Part shown: one piece after another, positions 39,103 to 48,500 of the stretch
Position numbering within the stretch: the first letter of the stretch is position 1
Layout of the letters: each line of letters opens with the position of its first letter
DNA from: Myxococcota bacterium
Lineage (GTDB): Bacteria; Myxococcota; JACRCW01
NCBI GenBank assembly: GCA_040752415.1
Contig: JBFMGU010000018.1
Coordinates: forward strand, 1 to 64,000
DNA: 64,000 nucleotides
Reading direction: 5' to 3'
Notes under the pieces: generated by a model
The model's input: the letters and a program-made list of their open reading frames with translations, nothing else
The model's database searches: none
What the model was told of the DNA's origin: nothing
Program-made: the position numbers and the translations under genes

Positions 39103-40887
39103 ATGAAAACCTCGACGACACGACGGCTTGCCACGCACTTCCTCTTCACCGCGCTCACGCTGTCCGGCTGCGACTGTCGCGGACCCGGCAGCGTGCTACC
39201 TGGCGCTTCCGACGACGCGGGCGCGGCGGGCGCGGGCGGCGACGCGGGCGGAAACTCCACCACCCACGACGGCGGCAGCACCGGTGGCGACGGAGAAAGC
39301 CGGGGCGACGGCGGGATTCCCGTCGGGGATGGTTGTCCCGCGTATCACCGTCGCTGCAACGGCACGTGCGTGCCCATCACCACCGACCCCAACAACTGCG
39401 GCGACTGCGGCGTGGTGTGCGACGCCAACGAGGTGTGCGCGGGGGGCGCGTGCTCGGGCACGTGTCTCGCCAACCAGACGGCGTGCCACCAGGAGTGCGT
39501 TGACACCGACGTCGACAACCGCCACTGCGGCGACTGCGACCAGCCGTGCGACCCGGGGGAGGGCTGCTCCGGTGGAACCTGTGTCGAGGTGATTCCGGTG
39601 GGACCGGGGCCCGCGGTGTGTCCCGGCGCGCAGGTGGTGGCGCTGCCCGACGCCGGCGTGCAGTGCACCGGGGATCTCGCGCAGGTGACGTTCCGTTGGG
39701 GTTTGTGCTCGTGCGACGACGTCTCGGTTTCGCAGCGGATCGAGATCGACGCCTACAACAGCCTGCAGGGCCCCTACGTGCCGGGCGGCGCGGGCGGCGG
39801 GCTGGGAGTCAACGGTCGCCTGCAGACCAGCGCGAATGTCGACGTCAGCGGCAGCCTGTGGGTGGCTGACGAGGACGGGATTGGCGTGAGCTCACCCGTG
39901 GAGGTGGGCGTGGACCTGTATTGCGGTGGTCGCTTCCAGTCGAGCAACTCCGTGACCGTGGTGCGCGACGCCTACGTTCACGACGACATCTCCGCGCAAT
40001 CCTTCACCGTGGGCGGCACGCTGCACGTCCCGCCCGGTGTCGACGTGGGCAACGCCACCTACGGCGCGCTGCAGAACGCGCAGTTCACCGTTCCACCGCC
40101 CTGCGACTGCGCACCGGAAGAGCTCATCCCCATCGCGTCCATCGTCGCGGCGCGGCGGCCGCCCGACAATGACAACGCCGTCATCGGCCTGGACCCGGAC
40201 GCCTTCCTCGGCCAGAACGCGCCCTCCCGCCTGGACCTGCCGTGTGGCGCCTACTACCTGCGCGGCATTGCCACCTCCAACGCGGTGACCATCGTGGCGC
40301 ACGGCAAGGTGGCGCTGTTCATCGACGGGAACATCCAGAGCAGCGCGCCGCTGGACATCACCGTGGCGCCGCCCGCCGAGCTCGACGTGTTCGTGCTGGG
40401 CACGCTGGGTACCTCGCAGCGCGTGAAGCTCGGCTCACCGGCGTTTCCCGCGCTGACGCGAGTCTACGTCCAGTCCGACAATGGCATCGGTTTGTCGTCG
40501 GGCCTGGACCTGGGCGCGTTCCTCTACGCCGCGCACGGCCCGGTGGGCATGTCCGGGGACCTGGAGATCTTCGGCGGCGTGATGGCCGGGCGTTACTCCA
40601 CCAGCGGTCGGACCACCGTGCACTATGACCGCGCGGTGCTGCGCACCGGGGAAGGCTGCGGTGACCCGCCCACCGTGGAGGTCGACGGCGGCGTTCCCGT
40701 GGCGGTGGACGCCGGCACCATCACGCCGGGCGCGGACGCGGGGACGGGTCCGGGGCCGTGCCAGAGCTGTCGCGACTGCGGGAACCAGGCCTGCAACGCT
40801 GGCGTGTGCGGCGCGTGCTCCCAGGATTCCGACTGCTGCGCCCCGCTCATCTGCCTCGACGGCGTCTGCGACATCATCCCCGGCTGA
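39103..40887 (+). CDS. Myxobacterial Cys-rich surface lipoprotein with beta-helix-like central domain
   Basis: Lipobox LSGC; repeats CV..DPNNCGDCG..C and CV..DNRHCGDC..C; Gly/Val/Ser-rich beta repeats; Cys-rich C-terminus. Confidence 0.75.
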   Translation: MKTSTTRRLATHFLFTALTLSGCDCRGPGSVLPGASDDAGAAGAGGDAGGNSTTHDGGSTGGDGESRGDGGIPVGDGCPAYHRRCNGTCVPITTDPNNCGDCGVVCDANEVCAGGACSGTCLANQTACHQECVDTDVDNRHCGDCDQPCDPGEGCSGGTCVEVIPVGPGPAVCPGAQVVALPDAGVQCTGDLAQVTFRWGLCSCDDVSVSQRIEIDAYNSLQGPYVPGGAGGGLGVNGRLQTSANVDVSGSLWVADEDGIGVSSPVEVGVDLYCGGRFQSSNSVTVVRDAYVHDDISAQSFTVGGTLHVPPGVDVGNATYGALQNAQFTVPPPCDCAPEELIPIASIVAARRPPDNDNAVIGLDPDAFLGQNAPSRLDLPCGAYYLRGIATSNAVTIVAHGKVALFIDGNIQSSAPLDITVAPPAELDVFVLGTLGTSQRVKLGSPAFPALTRVYVQSDNGIGLSSGLDLGAFLYAAHGPVGMSGDLEIFGGVMAGRYSTSGRTTVHYDRAVLRTGEGCGDPPTVEVDGGVPVAVDAGTITPGADAGTGPGPCQSCRDCGNQACNAGVCGACSQDSDCCAPLICLDGVCDIIPG

Positions 40888-40988
40888 CCTGACGCAAGGA
40901 CTGCGTCCCGCCTCGCGCGCAGCCTGCGCCGCCGCAACTCCTGCGCCGTGGAATGCGCGCTCCCGAGGGAAAACCGGGGGGCTGGTCT

Positions 40989-41004
40989 CGGCACGGACCG
41001 TGCT
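40989..41004 (+). promoter_or_regulatory. Candidate sigma54 promoter of the sqr operon
   Basis: CGGCACGGACCGTGCT: GG(40990-91)-N10-GC(41002-03), perfect GGCAC; ATG at 41017. Confidence 0.55.
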
Positions 41005-41016
41005 GAAGCGCGCGGC

Positions 41017-42246
41017 ATGAAGCACATCGTCATCCTCGGCGCTGGCACGGGCGGGACCATGATGGCCAACCGCCTCGCCCGCAGGCTGCCGAGCAGCGAG
41101 TGGAAGATCACCGTCGTCGACCGGGACGGGGATCACGTCTACCAGCCCGGCCTGCTGTTCCTTCCCTTTGGCGACTCCCGTCGGGAGGAGCTGGTCCGTC
41201 CGCGCACGCTCTTCCTGCCGCCGCACGTGGAGCTGGTGCTGCGCGCCGTCGAGCGCGTGGAGCCGGAGCACAGCCGCGTGGCTTTCCAGGACGGCTCTTC
41301 GCTGCGCTACGACTTCCTCATCGTCGCCACGGGGACGCGCATCGTGCCGGAGGCCACCGCGGGGCTCACCGGTCCCGGTTGGCGTCGCAACACCTTTGAC
41401 TTCTACACCCTCGACGGAGCGGAGGCGCTGGGCCGCGCGCTCTCCGAGCTGAAGGGCGGCCGCCTGGTGCTCAACGTGGTGGAGATGCCCATCAAGTGCC
41501 CGGTGGCGCCGCTGGAGTTCCTCTTCCTCGCCGACGCGTTCCTCACCCAGCGCGGCATCCGCGACCGCGTGGAGCTGGCGCTGGCCACCCCGCTGGACGG
41601 TGCGTTCACCAAGCCCCGCGCCGCGGCCATGCTCGGCGGGATGCTCGACCGCAAGGGCATCCAGGTGGTGCCCAACTTCAACGTCGAGGCGGTGGACACC
41701 GAGAAGCGCGTGCTGCGCTCCTACGACAACCGCGAGGAGCCCTACGACCTCCTCGTCACCATCCCGCAGCACCAGGGCAGCGAGCTGGTGGCGCGCTCCG
41801 GCCTGGGCAATGACACCGGCTTCATCCCCACCGACAAGCACACGCTGCAGAGCAAGGCGTTCCCCAACATCTTCGTCCTCGGCGACGCCACGGACCTGCC
41901 CAGCTCCAAGGCCGGCTCGGTGGCGCACTTCCAGAGCGAGGTGCTGACGGAGAACGTGCTCTGCGCCGTCGCGGGGAAGCCCTTCGGAGCGTCCTTCGAC
42001 GGACACGCCAACTGCTTCATCGAGACCGGCTTTGGCCGCGCCATGCTGATCGACTTCAACTACGAGACCGAGCCGCTGCCCGGCCGCTTCCCGCTCCCCG
42101 GCGTGGGGCCGTTCACGCTGCTGGAAGAGAGCCACGTGAACCACTGGGGCAAGCTCGGCTTCCGCTGGGTCTACTGGAACATGCTCATCACCGGCCGCGA
42201 CCTGCCGCTGGATCACCGCATGGTGATGGCCGGGAAGTGGAGCTGA
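41017..42246 (+). CDS. sqr: Sulfide:quinone oxidoreductase, type III-like
   Basis: GAGTGG FAD motif, HVYQPG, IKCPVAPLEF, GDAT...SKAGSVAH, FDGHANCFIETG. Confidence 0.88.
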   Translation: MKHIVILGAGTGGTMMANRLARRLPSSEWKITVVDRDGDHVYQPGLLFLPFGDSRREELVRPRTLFLPPHVELVLRAVERVEPEHSRVAFQDGSSLRYDFLIVATGTRIVPEATAGLTGPGWRRNTFDFYTLDGAEALGRALSELKGGRLVLNVVEMPIKCPVAPLEFLFLADAFLTQRGIRDRVELALATPLDGAFTKPRAAAMLGGMLDRKGIQVVPNFNVEAVDTEKRVLRSYDNREEPYDLLVTIPQHQGSELVARSGLGNDTGFIPTDKHTLQSKAFPNIFVLGDATDLPSSKAGSVAHFQSEVLTENVLCAVAGKPFGASFDGHANCFIETGFGRAMLIDFNYETEPLPGRFPLPGVGPFTLLEESHVNHWGKLGFRWVYWNMLITGRDLPLDHRMVMAGKWS

Positions 42247-42248
42247 TC

Positions 42249-43256
42249 ATGGTCACCACGTCGAACAACGTCTCCGAGCTGGCCGCGCTGCGCCAGGAGA
42301 TTGCGGAGCTCCGTGCCGAGATGCGCAGCGTGCTCGAGCACCAGCGCGCCCGCGACGAGCTGATGGAGGAGCTGACGCCCATCCTCAAGGAGGTGCTGCA
42401 GGTGGGCACCGAGAAGCTCGCGGTGCTGGAGCAGCGGGGGTACTTCGCCTTCGGGCGCGCCGGGCTGGACGTGGTGGACCGCGTGGTCACCGGCTTCACG
42501 CCGGAGGACGTCACCGCGCTGGGTGAAAACGTCGTGCGCATCCTGCAGACGGTGCGCGGCATGACCCAGCCTGCGGTGCTGGCCATCGCGGATGAGGCCA
42601 CGCGTGCCGTCGAGGATGCGCAGGGTGGTGAGCCCATGAGCTGGCGCGGTCTCCTCCACGCCTCGCGGGATGAGGACGTGCAGCGCGGGCTGGCCACCAT
42701 GGTGGCGGTGCTGCGTCGGGTGGGGCAGGCCGCGCACCGTGGCGCCGGCAGCCGCAAGGAGGGCTCGGAGCGGTTGCGCCAGATGCTCGCCCCCAGCCGC
42801 AGGAAGGACGCTGTGACGACGACACCGCCGCCGCCCCGGCCCGCTCCCCTCGCCGCGCGACCGCTCAACGAGCACCTGGCGCCCAGCCGCAAGCCCGCGG
42901 ACTTCTGTGAGGCCCGCCCGGTGAAGGGCGACCGTCCCGCCAAGGGCCCCGTCATCTCGCTGCCCGGCGTCACGTTGGACGCGGAGGGCTTCCTTGCCGA
43001 CGCCAACGCCTGGAACCAGGACGTGGCGGTGCAGATGGCCCGCGCGCTCAACATGCCCGCGCTCACCGAGACGCATTGGAAGGTCATTGAGTTCGCGCGC
43101 AAGGAGTTTGCGGAGACGGGCAAGAGCCCCAACGTGCGACGCCTCTCGGTGGGCTCCGGCGTGGGCGTCAAGGAGCTCTACGCGCTCTTCCCCGACGCGC
43201 CCGGCAAGACCGCCGCCCGCGTGGCCGGCATTCCCAAGCCCGGTGGCTGTCTCTGA
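42249..43256 (+). CDS. DUF1641 domain fused to TusE/DsrC/DsvC sulfur-relay domain
   Basis: MSWRGLLHASRDEDVQRGL...LRRVG (DUF1641-like); LDAEGFL...W...LTETHWKVI...LYALFP..P...AARVAGIPKPGGCL (DsrC fold). Confidence 0.85.
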   Translation: MVTTSNNVSELAALRQEIAELRAEMRSVLEHQRARDELMEELTPILKEVLQVGTEKLAVLEQRGYFAFGRAGLDVVDRVVTGFTPEDVTALGENVVRILQTVRGMTQPAVLAIADEATRAVEDAQGGEPMSWRGLLHASRDEDVQRGLATMVAVLRRVGQAAHRGAGSRKEGSERLRQMLAPSRRKDAVTTTPPPPRPAPLAARPLNEHLAPSRKPADFCEARPVKGDRPAKGPVISLPGVTLDAEGFLADANAWNQDVAVQMARALNMPALTETHWKVIEFARKEFAETGKSPNVRRLSVGSGVGVKELYALFPDAPGKTAARVAGIPKPGGCL

Positions 43257-43289
43257 AACCCCCGTCACACGAATCCGCAGGAGGCTCAC

Positions 43290-43757
43290 ATGGAAACCGC
43301 ACGTCGCAAGATTGCCATCATCTGCTCCAAGGGAGGCCTCGACGAGGCATATCCCGCCCTCATCCTCGCCAACGCCGCGCGCATGTCCGGCATCGACTGC
43401 TTCGTGTTCTTCACGTTCTACGGCCTGGACGTCGTCACGGAGAAGAAGGTGGACCACCTGCACGTGAACATGGTGGGCAACCCCACCAGCCCGGTCCCCA
43501 CCATGCTCGCGGGACTGCCCGGCATGGAGAACTTTGCCGCGCGCATGATGCAGAAGAAGATGGATGAGCTGGGCATGCCCCCCGCGCGCGAGATGATCAA
43601 GACGCTGGAGGAGTCCGGCGCGGAGCTCTACGGCTGCCAGCTGGCCATGGAGATGATGAAGCTGGAGAAGAAGGACCTCCTGCCCCAGGTCAAGGACGTC
43701 ATCACCGCGGGCGACTTCTACGAGCTGTCCGAGGGCGCGCAGATCATCTTCGTGTGA
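43290..43757 (+). CDS. DsrE/DsrF/DrsH-like sulfur carrier
   Basis: SKGGLDEAYPALILA, FFTFYGL, YGCQLAMEM, GAQIIFV; GGAGG RBS. Confidence 0.88.
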   Translation: METARRKIAIICSKGGLDEAYPALILANAARMSGIDCFVFFTFYGLDVVTEKKVDHLHVNMVGNPTSPVPTMLAGLPGMENFAARMMQKKMDELGMPPAREMIKTLEESGAELYGCQLAMEMMKLEKKDLLPQVKDVITAGDFYELSEGAQIIFV

Positions 43758-44097
43758 ACGTGGGTGAAGCGCGCCTGTCTCGTCGAGTGGTGCGGCCCGT
43801 GTGGTGCAATGTGCGGTGATCTGGTCGGCGTCACCGCTGCCAATGGCCTCGAGATCCACGGTAGATTCCGCAGGTGTGGCATCGGTGAGACGTCGGCCTC
43901 ACCGGTGGGCGCGGTTGTCGGAAGATGACCGTCACCGGTGCGCGCGTGGCGCCGCCGCTCACACGGGGGAACGGAGACGACAAAGTCCCAGGCAGCTCTG
44001 CGTTCGAGTTCAAGCTTGGGGCACTTTGGGACGATTTGTTGACCTGGGTTGAAGGCCAACCATAGGGTGCAAACGTACTGGTCCGGCGAGGGGTGCC

Positions 44098-44706
44098 ATG
44101 TCTTCCCTGACTTCCACGTTGAAGTGGCGTGAGACCGAGGCCCTGGCCGCGCGGCGCGACCTGTGCACCGCCTCCGACACCATCCGCGGCATGTTCATCA
44201 CCAACGCGCTGGAGTGTGTGCGGCGGGTGGTCAGCCCGGTGGCCGTCACCGAGATCGAGGCGGAGCTGGGCATCAAGGAGAAGCCGGCCATGCTGGCCAA
44301 GGTGCCCATGCGCAGCTTCATTGAAGTGCAGATGGCCGCCGCCAAGCGCATGGCCCCCGTCGTGGGAAGTCCGGAGGACGCGCTGGCCCGGATTGGTGGC
44401 GCCAGCCTGGAGATCTTCTTCGACTCCATTGCCGGCAAGACCATGAAGCTCCTGGCCGGCGACGACCCGCAGCGCCTGCTCAGCGCCGCGCCCAACGGCT
44501 ACCAGTTCGCGGTGACCTTCGGGTCGCGCAGCTACGAGAAGACCGGGCCGCGCTCCGGCGTGTTCACCCTTGAGCGTGAGCTCCTGGGGCCCTGCCACAC
44601 CCTGGGCACATTCGACGCCGCCATCTTCGGTGTGCACGGCATGCACCCGGACATGAAGGTGGAGCAGTCCGACGTGGCCACCTTCAAGATCCTCGTCAGC
44701 TGGTGA
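44098..44706 (+). CDS. DUF2378 / TIGR02265-type myxobacterial protein
   Basis: DTIRGMF, LARIG...FFDSIAGKTM, DPQRLL...PNGYQFAVTFGSR, ends VSW. Confidence 0.8.
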   Translation: MSSLTSTLKWRETEALAARRDLCTASDTIRGMFITNALECVRRVVSPVAVTEIEAELGIKEKPAMLAKVPMRSFIEVQMAAAKRMAPVVGSPEDALARIGGASLEIFFDSIAGKTMKLLAGDDPQRLLSAAPNGYQFAVTFGSRSYEKTGPRSGVFTLERELLGPCHTLGTFDAAIFGVHGMHPDMKVEQSDVATFKILVSW

Positions 44707-44714
44707 GCGGAGCC

Positions 44715-45515
44715 ATGCGGTTCCAGGGCCGGGTGGCGCTTGTCACCGGAGGGAACAGCGGAATCGGGCTCGCGTGCGCGCAGCGCCTGGCGGCGGAGGG
44801 TGCGCGCGTGGTGGTGGCCTGTCGCAACGTTGCCACCGGGGAACAGGCGGTCTCCACCATCCAAGCCGCCGGCGGCGCCGCGCGCGCGGTGCGCATGGAC
44901 GTCACCCGCCCCGACGAGGTCACCGCCGCGCTGGCCAGCGTGGTTGCCGTCGAGGGCGCGCTGCACGTGCTCATCCACTCCGCGGGCGGTGGCGGAGAGC
45001 TGCAGGCGGCCACCGAGATCGACGAGGCGCAGTGGTCCACGCTCCTGGACGTGAACCTGGGCGGCGCCTGGCGCGTGAGTCGCGCGGCGCTCCCCGTGCT
45101 GGCGCGCAGCGGCGGCGGCGCGGTGGTGCTCATCTCCTCCATTGCCGCGCTGGACACCGTGCCGCGCGCGGCGCCGTACATGGCCGGCAAGAGTGGCATG
45201 CTTGGACTGACCCGCAGCATGGCCTTGGATTACGCGGTCCACGGCGTGCGCGTGAACTGCGTCTGTCCCGCGTTCGTGGAGACGCCGTTGCTCAGCCGCG
45301 TCATCGAGAGTCAGCCGGATGCGCGCAAGGCGCGGCTGGCCTGGACGCGGCTGCATCCGCTGGGGCGCCTGGGTCGTCCCGACGACGTGGCCGCGGCCGC
45401 CACCTTCCTGGCCGCGCCCGAGGCCGGCTGGATCACGGGCGTGGCCTTGCCGGTGGACGGCGGCTACCTGCTGGGTCGCGTGGCCGGCGCGCCGCCCGAT
45501 CTGTCAGGCTCATGA
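44715..45515 (+). CDS. SDR oxidoreductase (FabG-like) in the PKS operon
   Basis: TGGNSGIG, YMAGK, VRVNCVCP, ITG..LPVDGG; alternative GTG 44703 overlaps the previous stop. Confidence 0.9.
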   Translation: MRFQGRVALVTGGNSGIGLACAQRLAAEGARVVVACRNVATGEQAVSTIQAAGGAARAVRMDVTRPDEVTAALASVVAVEGALHVLIHSAGGGGELQAATEIDEAQWSTLLDVNLGGAWRVSRAALPVLARSGGGAVVLISSIAALDTVPRAAPYMAGKSGMLGLTRSMALDYAVHGVRVNCVCPAFVETPLLSRVIESQPDARKARLAWTRLHPLGRLGRPDDVAAAATFLAAPEAGWITGVALPVDGGYLLGRVAGAPPDLSGS

Positions 45516-45574
45516 GCCAGGATTTCCTCAAGCGATCAGTGTGCGGATAGTCTGACCGGGACGAGGCGCTGGGA

Positions 45575-48500
45575 ATGGGTGAGCCGATTGCGGTGGTGGG
45601 CCTGGGTTGCGTGCTTCCCGACGCGCTGAACGTCCGCGCGTTCTGGGACAACACGCTGCGTGGTCACTCCGCCATCCGCGAGCTGCGCGGCGGGGGCTGG
45701 GAATGGACGCGCTACCACGACCCCAACCCCTCCGCGCCCGACCGTGCGCACTGCATCCTGGGCGCGCGCGTCGAGGATTGGGTGTTTGACTGGCGTCGCT
45801 TCCGCATGCCGCCCGCCGAGGCGGAGAGCATCAACCCGCTGCAGTTGATGGTGTTGGATGCCGGTACGCAGGCGCTGGAGGGCGTGAAGGTCATTCCGCG
45901 CGAGCGGGCCGGATTGTTCCTGGGCGGCACCGGGCTCGGCTGGCAGCGCGACAGCGGTCTGCGCATCCGCATGCAGGACCTCGTCGACGCGCTGGAGCAG
46001 AGCGAGGCGTATGGTCGGCTGGCGCCCGCGCAGCGGCAGGCGGTGCTGGAGGGCGCGCAACGCAGCCTGGATGCGCGGCTCAAGCCGGTGAGTGAGGACA
46101 ATGTCGTCGGGGCCAGCGCTTCCGTGGCGGCCGGGCGCATTGCCATGCACTTTGACCTCAAGGGCCTGCACTATTCGGTCGACGCGGGCTTTGCCAGCTC
46201 GTTGGCCGCGCTGGAGTGCGGCGTGCGCGCGCTGCGCGACGGGACGCTGGACCTCTCCGTGGTGGGCGGCGTCAGCGAGCTGCTCTCGCCGCTGGAGCTG
46301 GTGGCGTTCTCCAAGATGGGCGGGCTGGCGCAGCAGAAGGTGGCGCCCTTTGACGCTTCCGCCGAGGGCACGCTGCTCGGGGAGGGCACGGTCATCTTCG
46401 CGCTCAAGCGCCTCTCCGACGCCGAGCGCGACGGCGACCTCATCCACGCCGTGGTGCTGGGCGTGGGCGGCTCCTCCGACGGACACGGCAAGGCCCTGGT
46501 GGCGCCCCGTGCCGAGGGGCAGGCGCTGGCCATGCGGCGCGCGTACGACGACGGCGAGGTCTCTCCGCACACCGTGGGCTTCGTGGAGTGTCACGCCACC
46601 GGCACCCAGGTGGGCGACGCCAGTGAGGTGCGCGCGTTGGCCCGCATCTACGCGGGCGGCGCGAGGAGCAGCGTGGCGCTCGGGTCGGCCAAGCCTTTCG
46701 TGGGGCACCTGCGCGCCGCGGCGGGCGCGGTGGGCATGTTGCGCGCCGTGCTGGCGTTGCAGCACCGCACCGTGCCGGCGCAGATCGCGTTCAAGACGCC
46801 CAATCCCGCGCTGGAGCTGGACAGCACGCCGTTCTACGTGCCCACCGCCAACACGGCGCTCACGTCGCTGGGTGACGCGGAGCTGCCGCGCGCGGCGGTG
46901 AGCGCATTTGGTTTTGGTGGCAACAACTTCCACGCGGTGCTGGAGGCCCATGCCGGTGCGCGCCCGCGCCCCGCGCGTCGGAAGGTGTCCACCGACGAGC
47001 CGATTGCCGTGGTGGGCATGGGCGGCATCTTCCCCGGCGCGGAAGGTGTCGACGCGTTCTGGCGCATGATCATGGACGGGCGCGACACCACGCGTGAGGT
47101 TCCCAAGGACCGCTGGGACATCGACCGGCACTGGTCCAACGACCCCACCCGCCTGGACCGCAGCTACAGCCGACTGGGTTGCTTCCTGGAGAAGCTGCCC
47201 TCGCTCGAGGAGCGCTGGCGCATCCCGCCCTCCGCGGCGGAGAGCCTGGACCCCAGCCACCTGCTGGTCTTGCGCTGCGCCGAGGAGGCGCTCAGCGACG
47301 CGCGCTACACGCCGGGACGCTGGGACAAGGACCGCGTGGCGGTGATGCTGGCCTTCCTTCCCTACCAAGGGAAGAAGTTCCTGGCCGACATCCGCGTGAA
47401 CTTCCAGGAATACGCCGCGGACCTCGCCCACGCGCTCAAGCAGGCCGGCGTCTCCGACGAGCAGGCCCACGCGGTGCTCGCCGAGACGGAGGTGCGCTTC
47501 AAGCGTGCGCTGCCGGGCATCAGCGAGGACACGCTCACCGGCTACCTCGGCAGCGTCAACGCCGCGCGGGTCACCAAGCTGCATGACTTCCACGGCCCGC
47601 ACTTCGTCGTCGACAGTGCGTGCGCCTCCACCCACGCCGCGCTGCACGCCGCCGTGTCCGCGCTGCGCCACCGCACCGCCGACGTGGTGCTCTCCGGTGG
47701 CGTGTGGTGCGACATGATGCCGGAGTTCTTCATCGCGGCGTGTCGCTTCAACGCGCTCTCCGCCACCGGCATCACCCCGTTCTGCGCGCGCGCCGACGGG
47801 TTCATCCCCGGAGAGGGCGCCGGCATCTTCGTGCTCAAGCGCCTCTCCGACGCCGAGCGTGACGGAGACAAGGTCCACGCCGTCATCCGCGCGGTGGCCG
47901 GGTCCTCAGACGGGCGTGGTCGCAGCGTGTTGGCGCCCAACCCCGCGGGCGAGGCCATGGCCATGACGCGCGCGTTGGAAGCGGCGGGCGTGGACGCCAC
48001 CAGCGTGGACTACGTGGAGTGCCACGGCACCGGGACCGCGCTGGGCGACGTGGTGGAAGTGGACGCGTTGACGCGCGCGTATGGAAAGGGGCGCCCGCGG
48101 CCGCTGCTCATCGGCTCGGTGAAGAGCAACATTGGACACCTGAACGCCGCCGCCGGTGCGCCCGCGCTCATCAAGACCGCCCTGGCGGTGCGCGACGGAG
48201 TCATTCCTCCCTCGCTGAAGGTGGAGACGCCCAACCCGCAGATTGATTTTGCCTCTGGGCCCGTCAGCGTTGTCACCACGGCGCGACAGTGGGTCATGGC
48301 GCCGGGGCAGCCGCGTCGCGCTGGCATCAGCGGATTTGGCGTGGGCGGCACCAACATGCACCTGGTGGTGGAGCAGTACCTGCCGCAGGGGGCGCAGAAG
48401 CCACGGGCGGAGTCGGCGGTCGTCGTCACGGAGGCAGCCGGGCCGCAGATTGCCGTGGTGGCGGGTGCGGACCTGCAGGGTTGCGTGGAGGCGTTGGGCG

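Noticed and set aside
42900..43256. dsrC as a marker of dissimilatory sulfur metabolism
   Set aside because: Only one of the two C-terminal Cys is present and no dsrAB or dsrMK genes are in the window.
21605..43757. Selenocysteine read-through in redox genes (msrB, sqr, TusE, DsrE)
   Set aside because: Catalytic positions are ordinary Cys codons and the TGA codons fall at the expected C-termini.
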